A stretch of 64,000 bases of DNA from Utricularia gibba (Eukaryota; Plantae; Magnoliophyta): the NCBI GenBank assembly GCA_002189035.1, contig NEEC01000014.1, positions 124,001 to 188,000 of the forward strand. Reading direction: 5' to 3'. Within the stretch, counting starts at the first letter, position 1. Every line of letters begins with the position of its first letter. The position numbers were made by a program, and so were the translations under genes. The notes under the pieces are model-generated. The model saw only the letters and a program-made list of their open reading frames with translations. It did no database searches and was not told the DNA's origin. Below, piece by piece: positions 1-12,972 of the stretch.

Positions 1-234
1 GGCAGGCAAAGCGACTAACATCTGTTCGCCAGTCACATTCTGAACCGAGAATTCCCCGATTCGAATCCTACCATCAGCGCTACAGTTCAACCTAATCTCG
101 CACCCATGGGAGAAGCCAAAAGGGTAGGAAACCCGATTTTCCCCACAGACCCGCAGACACTCGGGGGTGGATGTAAAGTTGGCGGCCGCCGGAGAGAAAC
201 AAAAAAAGAATACAAGGAATATGAATAGAGGCAT
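1..234 (-). CDS. Wall-associated receptor kinase-like protein (WAKL14/21-like), 5' part; continues off the window start
   Basis: Manual translation from ATG 234: MPLFIFLVFFFCFSPAAANFTSTPECLRVCGENRVSYPFGFSHGCEIRLNCSADGRIRIGEFSVQNVTGEQMLVALPA. This is a signal peptide plus a GUB_WAK-type C..CG...YPFGF..GC...LNC motif. The frame is absent from the ORF track because it runs off the edge. Confidence 0.8.
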   Translation of the reverse strand, partial: MPLFIFLVFFFCFSPAAANFTSTPECLRVCGENRVSYPFGFSHGCEIRLNCSADGRIRIGEFSVQNVTGEQMLVALPA

Positions 235-298
235 GATTGAACATGGAAATGGGGTACGAAGATGAGAGTAGAGCAGACGATAGGCGTTCAAGGAAGCC

Positions 299-319
299 AA
301 GAGAGAGAGAGAGAGAGAG
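299..319. repeat. (GA)n microsatellite in the WAKL 5' leader
   Basis: About 10 GA units, read directly. Confidence 0.85.
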
Positions 320-1292
320 CGAAGAAAACACGGGAGACAAGTTGACCGAGCAAGGGAGCATTAAATCGGGAAATTAAGATGTACAGGTGATGTTGGTGGG
401 AAGCCATGAATGCTTGGTTGGAGTTGGGTCCGGTCCAAGGATGATGATGATGTGTGTTAAAATGGGTGTGGAATGACAGTTCCGTCCAGCCGCTTTTTCT
501 TACTGATACTGCACCCAGGCCAGGCCTGAGGGCACCACGACGACTCCCCCACCCCTGAAGCGGGGAAACGCGTCAACAATTGACCCCTGAATAGATAGAT
601 ATCCTCTCCTTTGGACAGGCCCAAACATATCTAGATTGCATCGGCAGACCAGCCCGGTGTCCGAGCACTGGACCGCCCTCTTCTCCTACTACCCAAACTC
701 AAGAATTGGGTTTGCGGGCTGATTGGTACCCTTTGCGACAGCCGAGAACGAGATTATTACAGCGGGCGACAGGCGGAATGATGATTAGGTGCTCGGTAGG
801 AGGAGGAGACAAAGGGTACAAGACGACGTCGCAGCGACCCAGCCTGCTGCATGCCGGCCCTACCCTGCAACCAGGGCTGCCCCTGCTCAGGGAATCCGCC
901 AACTGATTCCTTCGAGCCGCTCCCCTGCGTGTCGCAGTCTCCCAATTATTTTATTGTTACAAGAAGAGCCAAAAAGAAAAAAATCCGAATCCACACACAG
1001 AAGACAAACTCGGGTTCTCGAGGAGGGCCGCGTGCTTGCGATTGCTATGCCATCGGCAGAGGCGACCGCGACAGGCAGGCGGTGTACCGTGGAATGCGCC
1101 TTCCACGGCACCCAGTCCTCCTCCTAAAGCTGCTCTGGATTCCCCTCCAGTACATTACAAAATATTACCATGCACCACCATGGATTTGCCTCCCCATTAG
1201 TACACGTGCCTTCCCACTATAAAACCCTGTGAGCAGACTTCAAACCCCCACCACCAATCCATATCGGAAGTTGTTTTTGGTTGATCGGGAAT

Positions 1293-1811
1293 ATGGGAGG
1301 TGTGGGTGCGATAACCACCATCGAGAGGAAGCCGGCTCCCGAGCATCTTCCCTGTCCGCGCTGCAGCTCCATCAACACCAAATTCTGCTACTACAACAAC
1401 TACAACTTCTCTCAGCCACGCCACTTCTGCAAGTCCTGCCGCCGCTACTGGACCCACGGAGGCACTCTCCGCGACATCCCCGTCGGTGGCGGCACTCGTA
1501 AGAGCGCCAAACGCTCCCGCGCCGTCCCGTCCTCCGAGGAGCTCCGCCGCGCGCCGCCTGGAGGGAGCTTCACCTCGTTGCTGAATAGCAACAATAGTAA
1601 CACTCATGGAGCCGGAGTCCTAGGGCTGGGGTTCTCCCTGGACGACGTCGGTTTCGGCCTCGGAAGGCCACTATGGCCCTTGTACGGTATCGCGGAAGGT
1701 GGCGTGTCTGCTGTGGCGGCGCATGGCGATGGCGGAAACTTTGCTGGCGGAGAGTGCTTCCCTTTTGCAGATATAGCTGCTATTCCCGCCCCAGGATCGT
1801 TTTTCAAATGA
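1293..1811 (+). CDS. Dof zinc-finger transcription factor (Dof1.7/Dof3.1-like), intronless
   Basis: [47 protein letters not shown] is the canonical C2-C2 Dof domain. ATG 1293, TGA 1809-1811, TATA-like CTATAAAA near 1216. Confidence 0.95.
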   Translation: MGGVGAITTIERKPAPEHLPCPRCSSINTKFCYYNNYNFSQPRHFCKSCRRYWTHGGTLRDIPVGGGTRKSAKRSRAVPSSEELRRAPPGGSFTSLLNSNNSNTHGAGVLGLGFSLDDVGFGLGRPLWPLYGIAEGGVSAVAAHGDGGNFAGGECFPFADIAAIPAPGSFFK

Positions 1812-2343
1812 AGGATGTGTGTGATTGTGTGTCTCTCCGAGTGCATTAGGAGTAGGGGTGAATATGGGTGGACAAACTTGTGTTTGGAATGTTTTTGAGC
1901 CAACTCTTCTTGCCTGCACCAACCACACAAAGCGCTGCTGACATCGACAAGAGCGCAGCGCGTTGTCACCGCCGGCGCTTCGGGCGGCTCCCCTCTGGAA
2001 TCACCTTCATGGGAAGGATTATCCGCCCAGCACTAACCGGTAACCATTCCAAATTGTTTACCTCTCTGAAGATGCTAAACGGAATGGACCCGACCCAATT
2101 CGAGTCAATGGTTGACGTGGAATCGTCTGCTTGCTGCTGTTGCTGTGGAGACTAGTCATTGCCCTCCCAACCCTACAAAACACAATATTTATTTAATCAA
2201 TTACATGAGCAGTTAGTAGTCCACAGGCCTGGGCCTTTCAAAACAAACAAACAAAAAAAAAAAATTTTTTTTTTTGGTTGAAATACAGGCCGGTGATACT
2301 CTCCTCTACTCCCCAATTTAGAAAGGTGACGCACAGTTTTTGA

Positions 2344-2366
2344 CCCGCGTCCGACACGTGGCGCGT
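2344..2366. promoter_or_regulatory. G-box/ABRE (CACGTGGC) with flanking CGCGT motifs upstream of LACS
   Basis: ccgcgtccgaCACGTGGCgcgtc lies about 290 bp upstream of the LACS ATG. Motif match only. Confidence 0.45.
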
Positions 2367-2648
2367 CAAGCCACGCCATCTTGGGATAAAACTCTAGTTT
2401 ATCAAAAAATCAGAAATGAATTATGTGATGGGCCCACACTACTCCTCCTCGCCTTGTCTTGCCTTGCCTGAGGCCGGCTTCTCTTCTCTTCTCATCCTCT
2501 TCGGTAAGCGTGCCTTCTCCCCCCTCGCTTCCTTTCTTCCCACTCTCAACCTCTCTATCACTGCCTGCCCTGCCTTCTACTTTCGAAAAAGAACCGGGTG
2601 GTTTTGTCGGCGGCGTCGATACTCCGTTTCGCTCGGTGAAACATAAGA

Positions 2649-5600
2649 ATGGATTCAAGAGTCGACCGGCGGCTGAGATTGATTCAGGCGCATCTCGCTC
2701 CCCACGCCGATCACGCCTCATCTGTGATCTCCGTAAACACCACCGCTGGAGAATTTGTTTACGGTAGGCGCGATGACGTTATTGCGTGTCTGGGTGTCTT
2801 GTGCTTCATGATGGATAATAGACTGATCTTTCTTTTCCTTTTTAACTGCTCATTATTTATTTTCTAATACGCCGCTGGTTTTTCGTTTTCATTCGAGGGG
2901 TTTCTCCCATCATAATTGGTGCCTAACCTAAGTGTTTTCGTCCTTCCGGCGTTGCTGTACTGTGTAATATTGGGAATACGTTTAAGAAGAGTATTTTTTG
3001 GGAGTAAATCTGAATCATTCCTGGACGGGTATCAAGCATGTGCTGTTTCCTGGACCGGGGGGGGGGGGGGGGGGGGTTGTGGGATGCCCCAAATTCCGTA
3101 GAATTATTGCACATCCAACGAATGGAACCACAGATGCTCCATTTGGCAAGCAAAAGGCATATTTTTTTGCGGCCGTAGTTTTTAAGGATACGGCCTACTT
3201 TTTATCTATAATTGGTATGGCTATTCATGAATATTATTTAAATGTATCTGCCATTATGTGTGGATGTTTTCCGCATCCTTCATTTTATTCAGCATCTTTT
3301 CGTGCCCTGATTGAACAAATACATGACATTGGAATATTGTTAATAGTATCTTCCATTGCTATGTTTATTGTGCTTTCATAATCTGAGCATCTTGTATCAG
3401 AAACCTTTCTTTCTTCGAATCCGAGGTTTGCATGTATCGGTATTCTCCAGTGCTAAACTTCTTTGCGCTTATTTATGTTCTTAACTAGACCATCAATATA
3501 GCGTAGTTCTTCCTGAGAAGCTGCAAACTGGAAAATGGAACGTTTACAGGTCTACTCTTAGCCTTCTACTGTTTACAGCGTGATCTGTATGGTCTTCTCC
3601 AAAAATTTATGTTGCTCCCTGATGGCAGATCTGCACTTTCTCCTCTGAGGCTCGCTACCAGATTTCCCGAACACCCAGATATCCTCACGCTGCATGATAA
3701 CTTCCAGTGAGCTTTCTTTCTTCTTCTTTTTTTCTGGTAGTCATTTTTTATTCCATTCAGGTGATTTCGATTTTATCCATATTCTGTGACTATGCTTTCT
3801 ATTACGTGCCGCTATTATTTTATTATTTTCATTTCCATTGCTGTCTTGCAATTTATTACTCTCCTCAATATTTTTACTGTGGGTCAACGTTGCTATTAGG
3901 CATGCTGTGAATAACTTTCCGGACTACAAATACTTGGGTAATCGTGTACGAATAGATGGAACAGTTGGAGAGTAAGTTCAAGTTGATGCGGTGTTCTTTA
4001 TAGAAATGAATTTGTTACAGTAATTCTCAAGTACCTGTGTAAAGGTACAAATGGATGACGTATGGAGAGACAGGCACTGCTCGCTCCTCCATAGGTTCAG
4101 GACTTTTGCAATGTGGTTTAAAACCAGTATGTATTTTCGTGTTCGCTTCTTTTCCCTGATATCTCAAGTAAATACGAAAACTGGTTCTCTGTGCTGATCA
4201 TTTTGCCCGTTTTTCTTTAATGGTTCAAGAACTGAATAGAAGAGATAGGTATCTCTCTGAGAGAAGCTTCTTTGTTAATGATATTGTCTTCAGAATATGG
4301 GCAAAGCAGTTTCGTAATAAATACTATTTTTCTCGGCAGGGAGATTGTGTTGGAATTTATTTTGTTAATAGACCAGAATGGATGATTGTAGATCACAGCT
4401 GCACGGCATATTCACTCATATCAGTCCCTTTATATGATACCCTTGGTACGTTGGCATAATGTTTGCCTTTGGTTTCTTGGTTGAGCCCTTTTAATTCATG
4501 ATTCCACATTTTTTTTAATTCACAGGTCCTGATGCTGTAAAGTATATTTCAAATCATGCTGGTATAAAGGCAATTTTTTGTGTGACAAGTACCTTAAACA
4601 TTGTGAGTTTCTTTTCTGCTTGATTAGCACTTCTCTGTCATATGAAGGACAGTGGGTGGTAGAGAGAAGTGCCAAATGGATCATATTCCATGCTACTCAC
4701 CAAATAGTGTCTGGCCAAAATATTATTTAGCTTTTTTAGTCCCTGATTGAATTTGGTGTTAAACTTTCAGTTGCTGACGTTTCTGTCTGAGATACCTTCT
4801 GTCCGTTTACTGGTGGTACGTGCATGTTGGCTATTCTCTAACTTTGAATCTTAGTGAAAAATATTTTTCCTTCTTCTGGGAGTAATGTCTCTGTTTTCTT
4901 TTTCTTCATGGTAAAATAGGTTGTTGGTGGAATGGATGAGCATCTGCCATCCCTACCTTCAACCTCTGGAGTGAGGATTCTTTCATATGCACGCTTGTTG
5001 AATCAGGTTTTTATGCTCTTTCATTATCATTCTGCCTTAAGACTGTTGAATTAGTAATGGAATTCTCTATGCAGACGTATCCTGAACTTCTTAATCCTTT
5101 CTAATGCCGCCTTCTTTACCAGGGATTCAATGATTTGATTCCATTTTGCCCCCCTAAACCTGAAGATGTTGCCACAATATGCTACACAAGTGGCACTACC
5201 GGGACACCGAAGGTGTATACCAATCACTGACTTTTTTTCATATTTTTTTGTGTATATGTTCGTATGCTTACATGTATCTCGTTCTCTTTTAATAGGGAGT
5301 TGTGTTAACACATGGAAACTTGATTTCAAGTGCTGCTGGCATGACTCAAAAATTCAAGTTCTATCCGTCAGATATGTGGGTGAATTCTGGAGTTTCATCA
5401 GCTTGTTATGTTTCCATCATAATCTTGCGGTTTGATGTTTTATGTGGACAGCTATATATCCTATCTCCCTCTTGCTCACATCTATGAGCGAGCTAATCAA
5501 ATAATGTGCGCATACGCTGGCTCTGCTGTTGGATTCTACCAGGGGGTAAGGACTTGTAATGGGGAGCAAGTCAATATAATAGGTTGCTGGTTTTATACCT

Positions 5601-7596
5601 ATCTCAACTGGAAGATGCATAGTAACTTTGATCATTAATATGCAGGATAACATGAAGTTGATGGATGACTTAGCTACGCTAAGACCCACAATATTTGCAA
5701 GCGTTCCTCGTCTCTACAACCGAATATACTCTGGGTACACATGCAAACTGCTAATTGATTCATAGTGCAAACTGATTATAGCATCATGGACTGTATTTTG
5801 TCCTGTCGTTATAGCATTCTGAGTGCTGTGAAATCTTCTGGCGTTGTAAAAGAGAGATTATTTAATGTAGCCTACAATTCCAAGAAGCAGGCCCTGATGA
5901 CCGGTATGTTTCACCATTTCCCACTTTTTAAGTTCATGGATGATGTGATTCCTTTTTCTCTATCAGGGTGTTCTTATCCTCATCATTCTGTCTGTAGGTC
6001 GAAGACCATCAGCTATTTGGGATAGATTGGTGTTCAACAAAATAAAAGATAAAATCGGAGGGCGGGTGAGATACTTGACGTCAGGAGCTTCTCCATTATC
6101 TCCAGAGGTGATGGAGTTTTTAAGGATGTAAGTTGATTTTTTCCCTTTCGTTTGGCATACTGCAATCATGTTTCCATTTTCTCTCTGGGCTCGTGAGAGT
6201 GAAGTGGGTTTGTTGATCACGCATCTTCACCTTTTTCAGATGTTTCGGTTGCCAACTCATTGAAGGCTATGGTATGACAGAGTCCTCTTGTGTTATCAGT
6301 TGCATTGATGATGGCGACCGTCTGACCGGCCATGTTGGCTCCCCCAATCCCGCTTGTGGTAAGAAGGCCCATAAAGCAGCATTTGGTCTAACATAATTTT
6401 CTCATGGATATGATTCCTCCTAGAATTCTGATTTCTTCTAGAGGTGAAGCTTGTTGACGTACCTGAGATGAATTACACATCTGCGGATGAGCCGCACCCC
6501 CGGGGGGAGATCTGCGTCAGAGGCCCGATTGTCTTTCAAGGCTACTTCAAAGATGAAGCTCAGACGTAGGTCAATGCACTATTGTTGATGAGTCAATCTG
6601 TCTCTGCTTGCGGCTTCGTGATGCTGTGTGCTATTCTTAGGAGGGAAGTAGTGGATGATGAGGGCTGGCTACACACTGGTGATATTGGGCTGTGGCTACC
6701 CGGCGGCCGCTTGAAAATCATCGATCGGTAAGCAACTGGGCATCTTCAAGTCCTAATGAGTTATTTATGGTTTCGTGATGACCTCAGAGGGCGCCCGATT
6801 CTTCTGAAACAGCAAGAAGAACATTTTTAAGCTGGCCCAAGGTGAATACATTGCTCCCGAGAAAATCGAAAATGTTTATGCCCAGTGCAAATTCGTTGCC
6901 CAGTGCTTCGTCTATGGTAAGAAGTGGTTTCCAGTTTGTTTCTTGAACTCGGTTATATCAACGAGCCATCTGACTTGTCTAGGTGATAGCTTCAACTCGT
7001 GCTTAGTTGCTGTAGTTTGTGTGGAACAAGATGCTTTGAGAGACTGGGCCGCATCTCAAGGCATTCAGGTAATGAAGAAAGATGAACCACTTTCACCCAC
7101 TATTTCCGGAACACTTTCTGGTTGGTACATGCGTAAACCTTGACTCGTGCGGGAATGCTTCTGTCCGCAGTATCAAGATCTAGGCCGCCTGTGTGATGAT
7201 CCAAGGGCGAAGGCTGCTGTCCTCGCGGACATGAATTATGTCGGGAAGGAAGCTCAAGTAAGTAGAAAACTATTCCACTGGTTCCCCTTGACCATCTCTG
7301 CTGATACACAATCAATCATCTTTGCTCAGTTAAGGGGGTTCGAATTTGCAAAAGCTGTAACGCTAGTGCTGGAGCCTTTCTCGGTAGAGAATGATCTGCT
7401 GACCCCAACGTTTAAGGTGCGCTTACTTACCATCCTGTCTCCTTGTTGTTAAACCTGGCATTACGACGGGAATTGAGAGCTTACTTGCCCCATGCAGATA
7501 AAGAGGCCCCAAGCAAAAGCTTACTATGCAGAAGCCATATCTCGGATGTATACTGAGCTTTCAACATCTGATCCGGAACCACACAGGATGATGTAA
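2649..7596 (+). CDS. LACS6: Peroxisomal long-chain acyl-CoA synthetase (LACS6/7 clade), about 23 exons
   Basis: N-terminal PTS2 RLRLIQAHL (RLx5HL). Exons give [33 protein letters not shown], the AMP-binding motif [38 protein letters not shown] and [10 protein letters not shown]. Ends DPEPHRMM* (TAA 7594-7596) with no canonical PTS1, more like LACS6 than LACS7. Confidence 0.93.
3057..3076 (+). repeat. Poly-G run (20 G) in LACS intron 1
   Basis: Counted directly. Confidence 0.9.
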
Positions 7597-8070
7597 TTTG
7601 ACCAGCCCTCTGATAGCAAAAAAACAGGAACTCGAATAAAGGGGATCCTGCATTCATTCCTTTGGAATCAATCCCCTCAGCGCCCTACAGATGCAATGGC
7701 AACAAGCTGTGTTAGTTCTTTGACTCCACAGCTAAAAATCACGGACCAGGCTTCAACAGGTGGCTGTGAATGTGCATCGACTCTCATAGAGAATAATGAT
7801 GCAGAGGCATTTATTGTTATAATTATGTGATCATGATGCGCTGGAGAGTCTTTTCACACGTCTCGAAGTTGAAACGCAATTGAGAGATGGTAAGATCACA
7901 GATCCTGTGCTTTATTGGACCCTTCAATCAACAGCAGCTCGCCGCCACCTTTATGCCTTGTTTCGGAAAGTCTAGGTGTTAGGAAACCCCTGAAATAGAG
8001 CAACGAGTGAAACGCGTTATTTTTTCCAAACAATGGAATAGCCAGCGTTTGAGTGAAAGGGGCAAGCAAA

Positions 8071-11000
8071 TCAAACGGAACCTGAGTTTCGGTCTTCCAC
8101 GGACGGGATGGGTACTCCCGCCTCTTCAGTGAGCTTCTTGTAAGCGTTCTGCAGTTTCCTAGTCACTGGTCCCACTTCACCATCCCCAATTTTCCGGCCG
8201 TCGATTACAGTTACCTGGAAGAATGACTCCAGACGTAAGAACTGCGCTTTTGCGAAAATAACTAATAAGCAATTAACAAGTTGCAAAGGTTACAGGGCTG
8301 AGTTCTCCCATGGTCCCCGTTGTGAACACCTGCAATATATTCATGATCCTTGAGCAGTCATGTAACGTGCGGGAAAAAAGGAGCCAGTACAAACTAACTG
8401 AAAGAGTGGCAAGAGCCAACAATCAAGTTAACAAAAACCTCATCAGCAGTATGGAACTCTGAAAGACTAATCCTCCGCTCTGCTAAAGTGAACCCTTCCT
8501 TGACAACTAGTTCCATGACCTGAAAGGCATGCAGTAGCATGAATGTATCATGAAATAACGACGTTGAATGCAACTCAGAAAAACAGGAAAATCAGACCTA
8601 AAATGAAAAACGTGAATAATACCCCAATCAGACACAACTGATGAGCCATAGGAGTTGAATTGAGAAACAGGTAGATTGAAAATACAGAGGGGAGGGCAAA
8701 CTAAAGGACACACATAATCCCCTGCATCCTACATCAGTCATTGCTTCACAAATCTTACAGTTGCTCGAGTTATTCCAGGAAGACAATAATCAGCATGAGG
8801 TGTTGCAACATTACCCCTCTTCACAAGGAACTGCACAATGAAAGATCAAATGTCAGATTTCAAATTTTTAATCCACTACATACTGACCTTCTTACTAATC
8901 TGAATAAATCAAAGATAGAAAAAGGTTGATTGAACTTGTACATTTCAGGCATTTTGTAAGGGCCTTACTAAATTTGTAGCATTGGTTTCTGACACATAAC
9001 CATCCTCGTCAAGCATGATTGCATCATCAGCATGACAATTATTCCCTTCAATCTGCAAAGGAAAAAATGCATTATTTCCAGACGACGAGAGGCAAACGAA
9101 ATAGGAATCTGCTCCATCCGGAACACAAATGAAAAGGCAATAAACTAAGAAAACAAATATTAGTCTGCTGAGAAGAATAATCAAAGGGAACTTACCTTTG
9201 CAAGAATGTTGTTAAGAAGATTGTTATGATGAATTTTCGAGTCCAAATTCTGAAAAGAAAAAAAAAACAGCGTGTGCATCAAATATCATATATGGAACAA
9301 CATGAAACATACTATATAAATGGACTAATGTTGACGGTGGATCAATACTTCCACTGAAGCACAAAAAGCCAGAACCAGATGATCAGGAAATGCTGAAAAA
9401 TTAAATTCAGTTAAAGCAAATGGGCACCATTTAATCACATAAAAAAGCTATATTTGCATGGATCTTTAAGCATACTTCAGCCTCAACAGAAACCAAAATA
9501 CTGAAAAAGACCCAAGGCTTCCCTTACATTAGGAGAATTACGGCGTGTGGATGCTGTCACCAAAGTTATACCCTTTTCATTGTCATATACCGGAGGCTTC
9601 CATTCAGGAAGCACTGCCAAGAAAATAAAAACGAACAATGGTTAGGTATAAGAAATAATGCTGCTTCAAACTGATAATACATAACAAACATGAAACCATG
9701 CACATTCAGGAAACCTACAAACACCAATCAAAACATATGTTCTGTTTACTTCAGTGCACTCTGCTGTTTACCAATCAATGTACATCCATATTGGTTGAAT
9801 GCTGGACTCATCCCAGAAGTCACCTAAGAAACACATCAGAATAAAAATGATGTGCAGCTGGAGGCAAATTTGTATAACTGAAAAGCACATTGCCGATGTT
9901 GAAATCCTAGTATAAATGGCGTGTCATTACCTTCTTCCCTCGAGTTAAGGTTAGTCTGATGTGTGCATTATCGAACATTCCATTCCATAGAAGGGTTGTA
10001 AAAATTGCTTCCTTCACCTGAAACATTGTTGTATATTTGACCTATATCTATATCATAAAGCTCAAACTAATGAAGACGATTTTTTTTTTAAGTGGAGAGA
10101 TTACCTGTTCACGATCTGGAACATTTGTGAATGCTAGAGCTTTTGCTGAATCAAACAACCTGATATAAAATATCAGGATTCTACACACTTTGGTTGCTTT
10201 AAGACGGATTATTTAAACCAAAGACTCTTCAAAACACCGTAAAAGGTATATTGCAAGATTGCACTTTCACATGCGAAGCATATTAGAGATTAGTGGCTTC
10301 TTTCACCACAATTTTAAGAACAGAAGAAATATGTAGTCCCCTTGAACATCAAGCAGAGCACCATACAAATACAAGATTTGGACACGAGCTAAATTTGATA
10401 AAAATTCTTCATGGAACTTACATAAGAGAAAAACTCTTCATCCACCATGGAAAATATAGAAAGATGAAATAGAAAATAATGAAGAGATGAACATATTCAA
10501 GCATTCTAAGTCCAGTAACACTACAAGGAAGACACTAAGTAAATCGGATTTAAATCCAAGCCACATTTAGGATATATGCTCATGCCACCGATCTTACCTG
10601 TCAAGATGTTCTTCTAACTTGAATAACTTTCTTTTATAAACTCGAAGCCCTTCCCATACACCATCACCACCTTGAACAATGGAATCCAAAACGGAAACCT
10701 GAAAGAATTGTACAAGCATCAAAATATAGGTGCATCAATCACAATGCCAATGCTCTCTAATTTACATAGAAAATATGTTCAAAATGCTATGTGTGTTCTT
10801 TTACAGCATGCAGATATGCAATCGATGATGACCACAGTATTTCACCTTCGCACTTTCACGAGGCAGAATCTCATCGTGAACCCAAACAAGCAGCTTTTCA
10901 TTTGCGGGAACTGGAAGACTAGGTCGATGAGAACTAGCAACATTCTGCCTTACGCGGAGCTTAAGCAAATTATAGAAAGGCAAACTTTGCTCCAGCAAGC

Positions 11001-12972
11001 CGTACAATGATGATGGCAGTGGCTGGAATTTAAGCACGGAAAATGCCATGGTTACAGGTTCAACATATTATGCATAAGGCCAAATAGAATCACATTAAAC
11101 CCTCCTGAAATATAAGTAAGGAAATTAGCAGCATTGCCTTACAGAAGGATATCTTCTTGGTGGCTCAAAGCATGTCGATTTATGTGAAACTTTATACCAG
11201 TAAGGAGCCCACATGCCATCAAACGGTTTTGGTCCATTTGGCCATCTGCAAACATGTAATTCATCAAGCAAGATCATTTTAGGCAATTCTTTTTTCCAGG
11301 CACTTCAGGGAATATAAGATTCTGAAACTGAAATACTGAGGAAAATAAGTGGTTTGATGAAGGTAGAAATAGTTTTCATTTTTTTAAAAAATACAGCACG
11401 GTTAATGAACAAAGCCAAAATACCCTAACAGCTCTAAATTGTGAAAACTATAATGGTTGACACTAGTGATATGCTGCCTTACTTCAGCATTGCAGACTGG
11501 AATGCTATGCCAAGATCATCACACAGATGACGCAGAGTAGTCTGCATGTGAACAAACAAACTACAAAATTTTCATTACTCCACCTACTCATAGTGAATCT
11601 CATCTAGCGCAAACAGAAAAGTTGCCAAACTTAAACAGAAAAGAACACGATGGACAAAAGAAAGAAATTATGTGGGCGAACAAACATAAATCGAATCATT
11701 TACTTTTCTTTTCCAAGAGAAGCACAAAAGTGTTGTTTGATGCTCAAAACATTGAGAACAAAGATTGAACCTCAGGGTCCTTTCGTAGTAAGTCTGAATC
11801 AATAACAGGAGGAGGTTTCCCTTTAAGAGATAAGTCATTGTATATGGCGGCCAAGCTATGATATCCCAAATCAGTGAATGATGGAGGCACGACCTTATTA
11901 TAGGAGCTCTGAGATTAGAGTGGCTTGTCAATGCATAAATTGCATATATAAACAGAAAAATAAACCAATGGTTACAAATTTTACCTAAACTTCTAACATA
12001 CTCTTGATCCCACGAAGAAAATTTGAAAAAAGATGAAACAATTTAATCAGAGACACAAATTTACCAGCACATAAAGTGGATTCCTCATCAAAATGAAGTG
12101 CTTTCCCTTTGTCACTAAGACATCTGGTAGACCGGGCAGATACTGACTAGCAATATGCTGCACAAGGAGCAAAGACCGGCTTTGTAACATAGCCAACTCT
12201 CTCTCCAAACGGGAGTTTCATCAATTACCTTGCAGAATCTGTACTTCTTTTGTCCAGGGCCAAAAATGATGTCCTTCACAATTTTATTTCCATCTGATTC
12301 CTGATCGTTCAAGCCAGAAAAATCCTTGTACTCAGCTTGAATTTCTTTCTTACATCTTAATAAAGCATAAAAACCAATACAAAATATTAAACATTATTCA
12401 AATTTCTCACAAAGTGAAAATCACGCCATTTCACAGTAGTATGAATTTTACCAACCTTAACTTTGTGAGAAAAGTGGTCACCCTCAGTTAAAAAATTTTG
12501 CCTCAGTGTGTAAGAGAATAGGAGGGTGACCACATTGGTAAATGACCCCATAAATTCTTGAAAATCGAATAAAGCTTTCAGGAGCCCATATTATTTATAA
12601 TGGTAGTATATTTTCATTAACATCATTCGCACTAAAACACATGCTCTCGACATGGATACGATGCGCGGTTCAAACAGCTCCAGGGCATACCAGTTTCGAT
12701 AGGAGCTCGTCTTTGTATGGCCTTTGAGCACTAGTGACCCGCAAAAAGTGTGGATATAAAGGTTCGTCAAGCACTTCCGTATCATCTCTCTGAGGAAACG
12801 GGACAAATTTACATCGACTGAGGAAGTCGAATCAGACATGCACAGGCCTAAGAAGAATAAGCAAAAGATGAATAATGACCTGCGCGAAAGAGTACATTAG
12901 ACTGGTACTCGTAGACCTCGGCGAAGACCACAAGTGTATCACCTCGATTTCTCCGCCCTTGTCCTCCGCCAT
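8071..12972 (-). CDS. Branched-chain-amino-acid aminotransferase-like protein (PLP class IV) with an N-terminal P-loop/sulfotransferase-like domain (At5g27410/At3g05190-like)
   Basis: Exon 1 [31 protein letters not shown], then [16 protein letters not shown] and [24 protein letters not shown]. Class IV domain [22 protein letters not shown]..., [34 protein letters not shown]. Last exon [23 protein letters not shown]...*. GT-AG junctions. Confidence 0.9.
12403..12537 (+). ncRNA. Candidate double-hairpin structured element with H/ACA-like layout
   Basis: Perfect inverted repeats TTTCTCACAAAGT/ACTTTGTGAGAAA (12403-15/12460-72) and GTGGTCACCCTC/GAGGGTGACCAC (12474-85/12522-33). AGAAAA (ANANNA) between the stems and ACA directly after the second. 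It lies antisense to the host intron. Confidence 0.25.

Noticed and set aside
1868-2155. 95-aa ORF ending ACCCCCGD as a metal-binding peptide
   Set aside because: It begins with GTG, the Cys run comes from a (TGC/TGT) microsatellite, and it overlaps the expected Dof 3' region.
2252-2276. C-A12-T11-G near-palindrome as a functional cruciform
   Set aside because: Adjacent A and T runs are common in AT-rich spacers, and run lengths are unreliable in this assembly.
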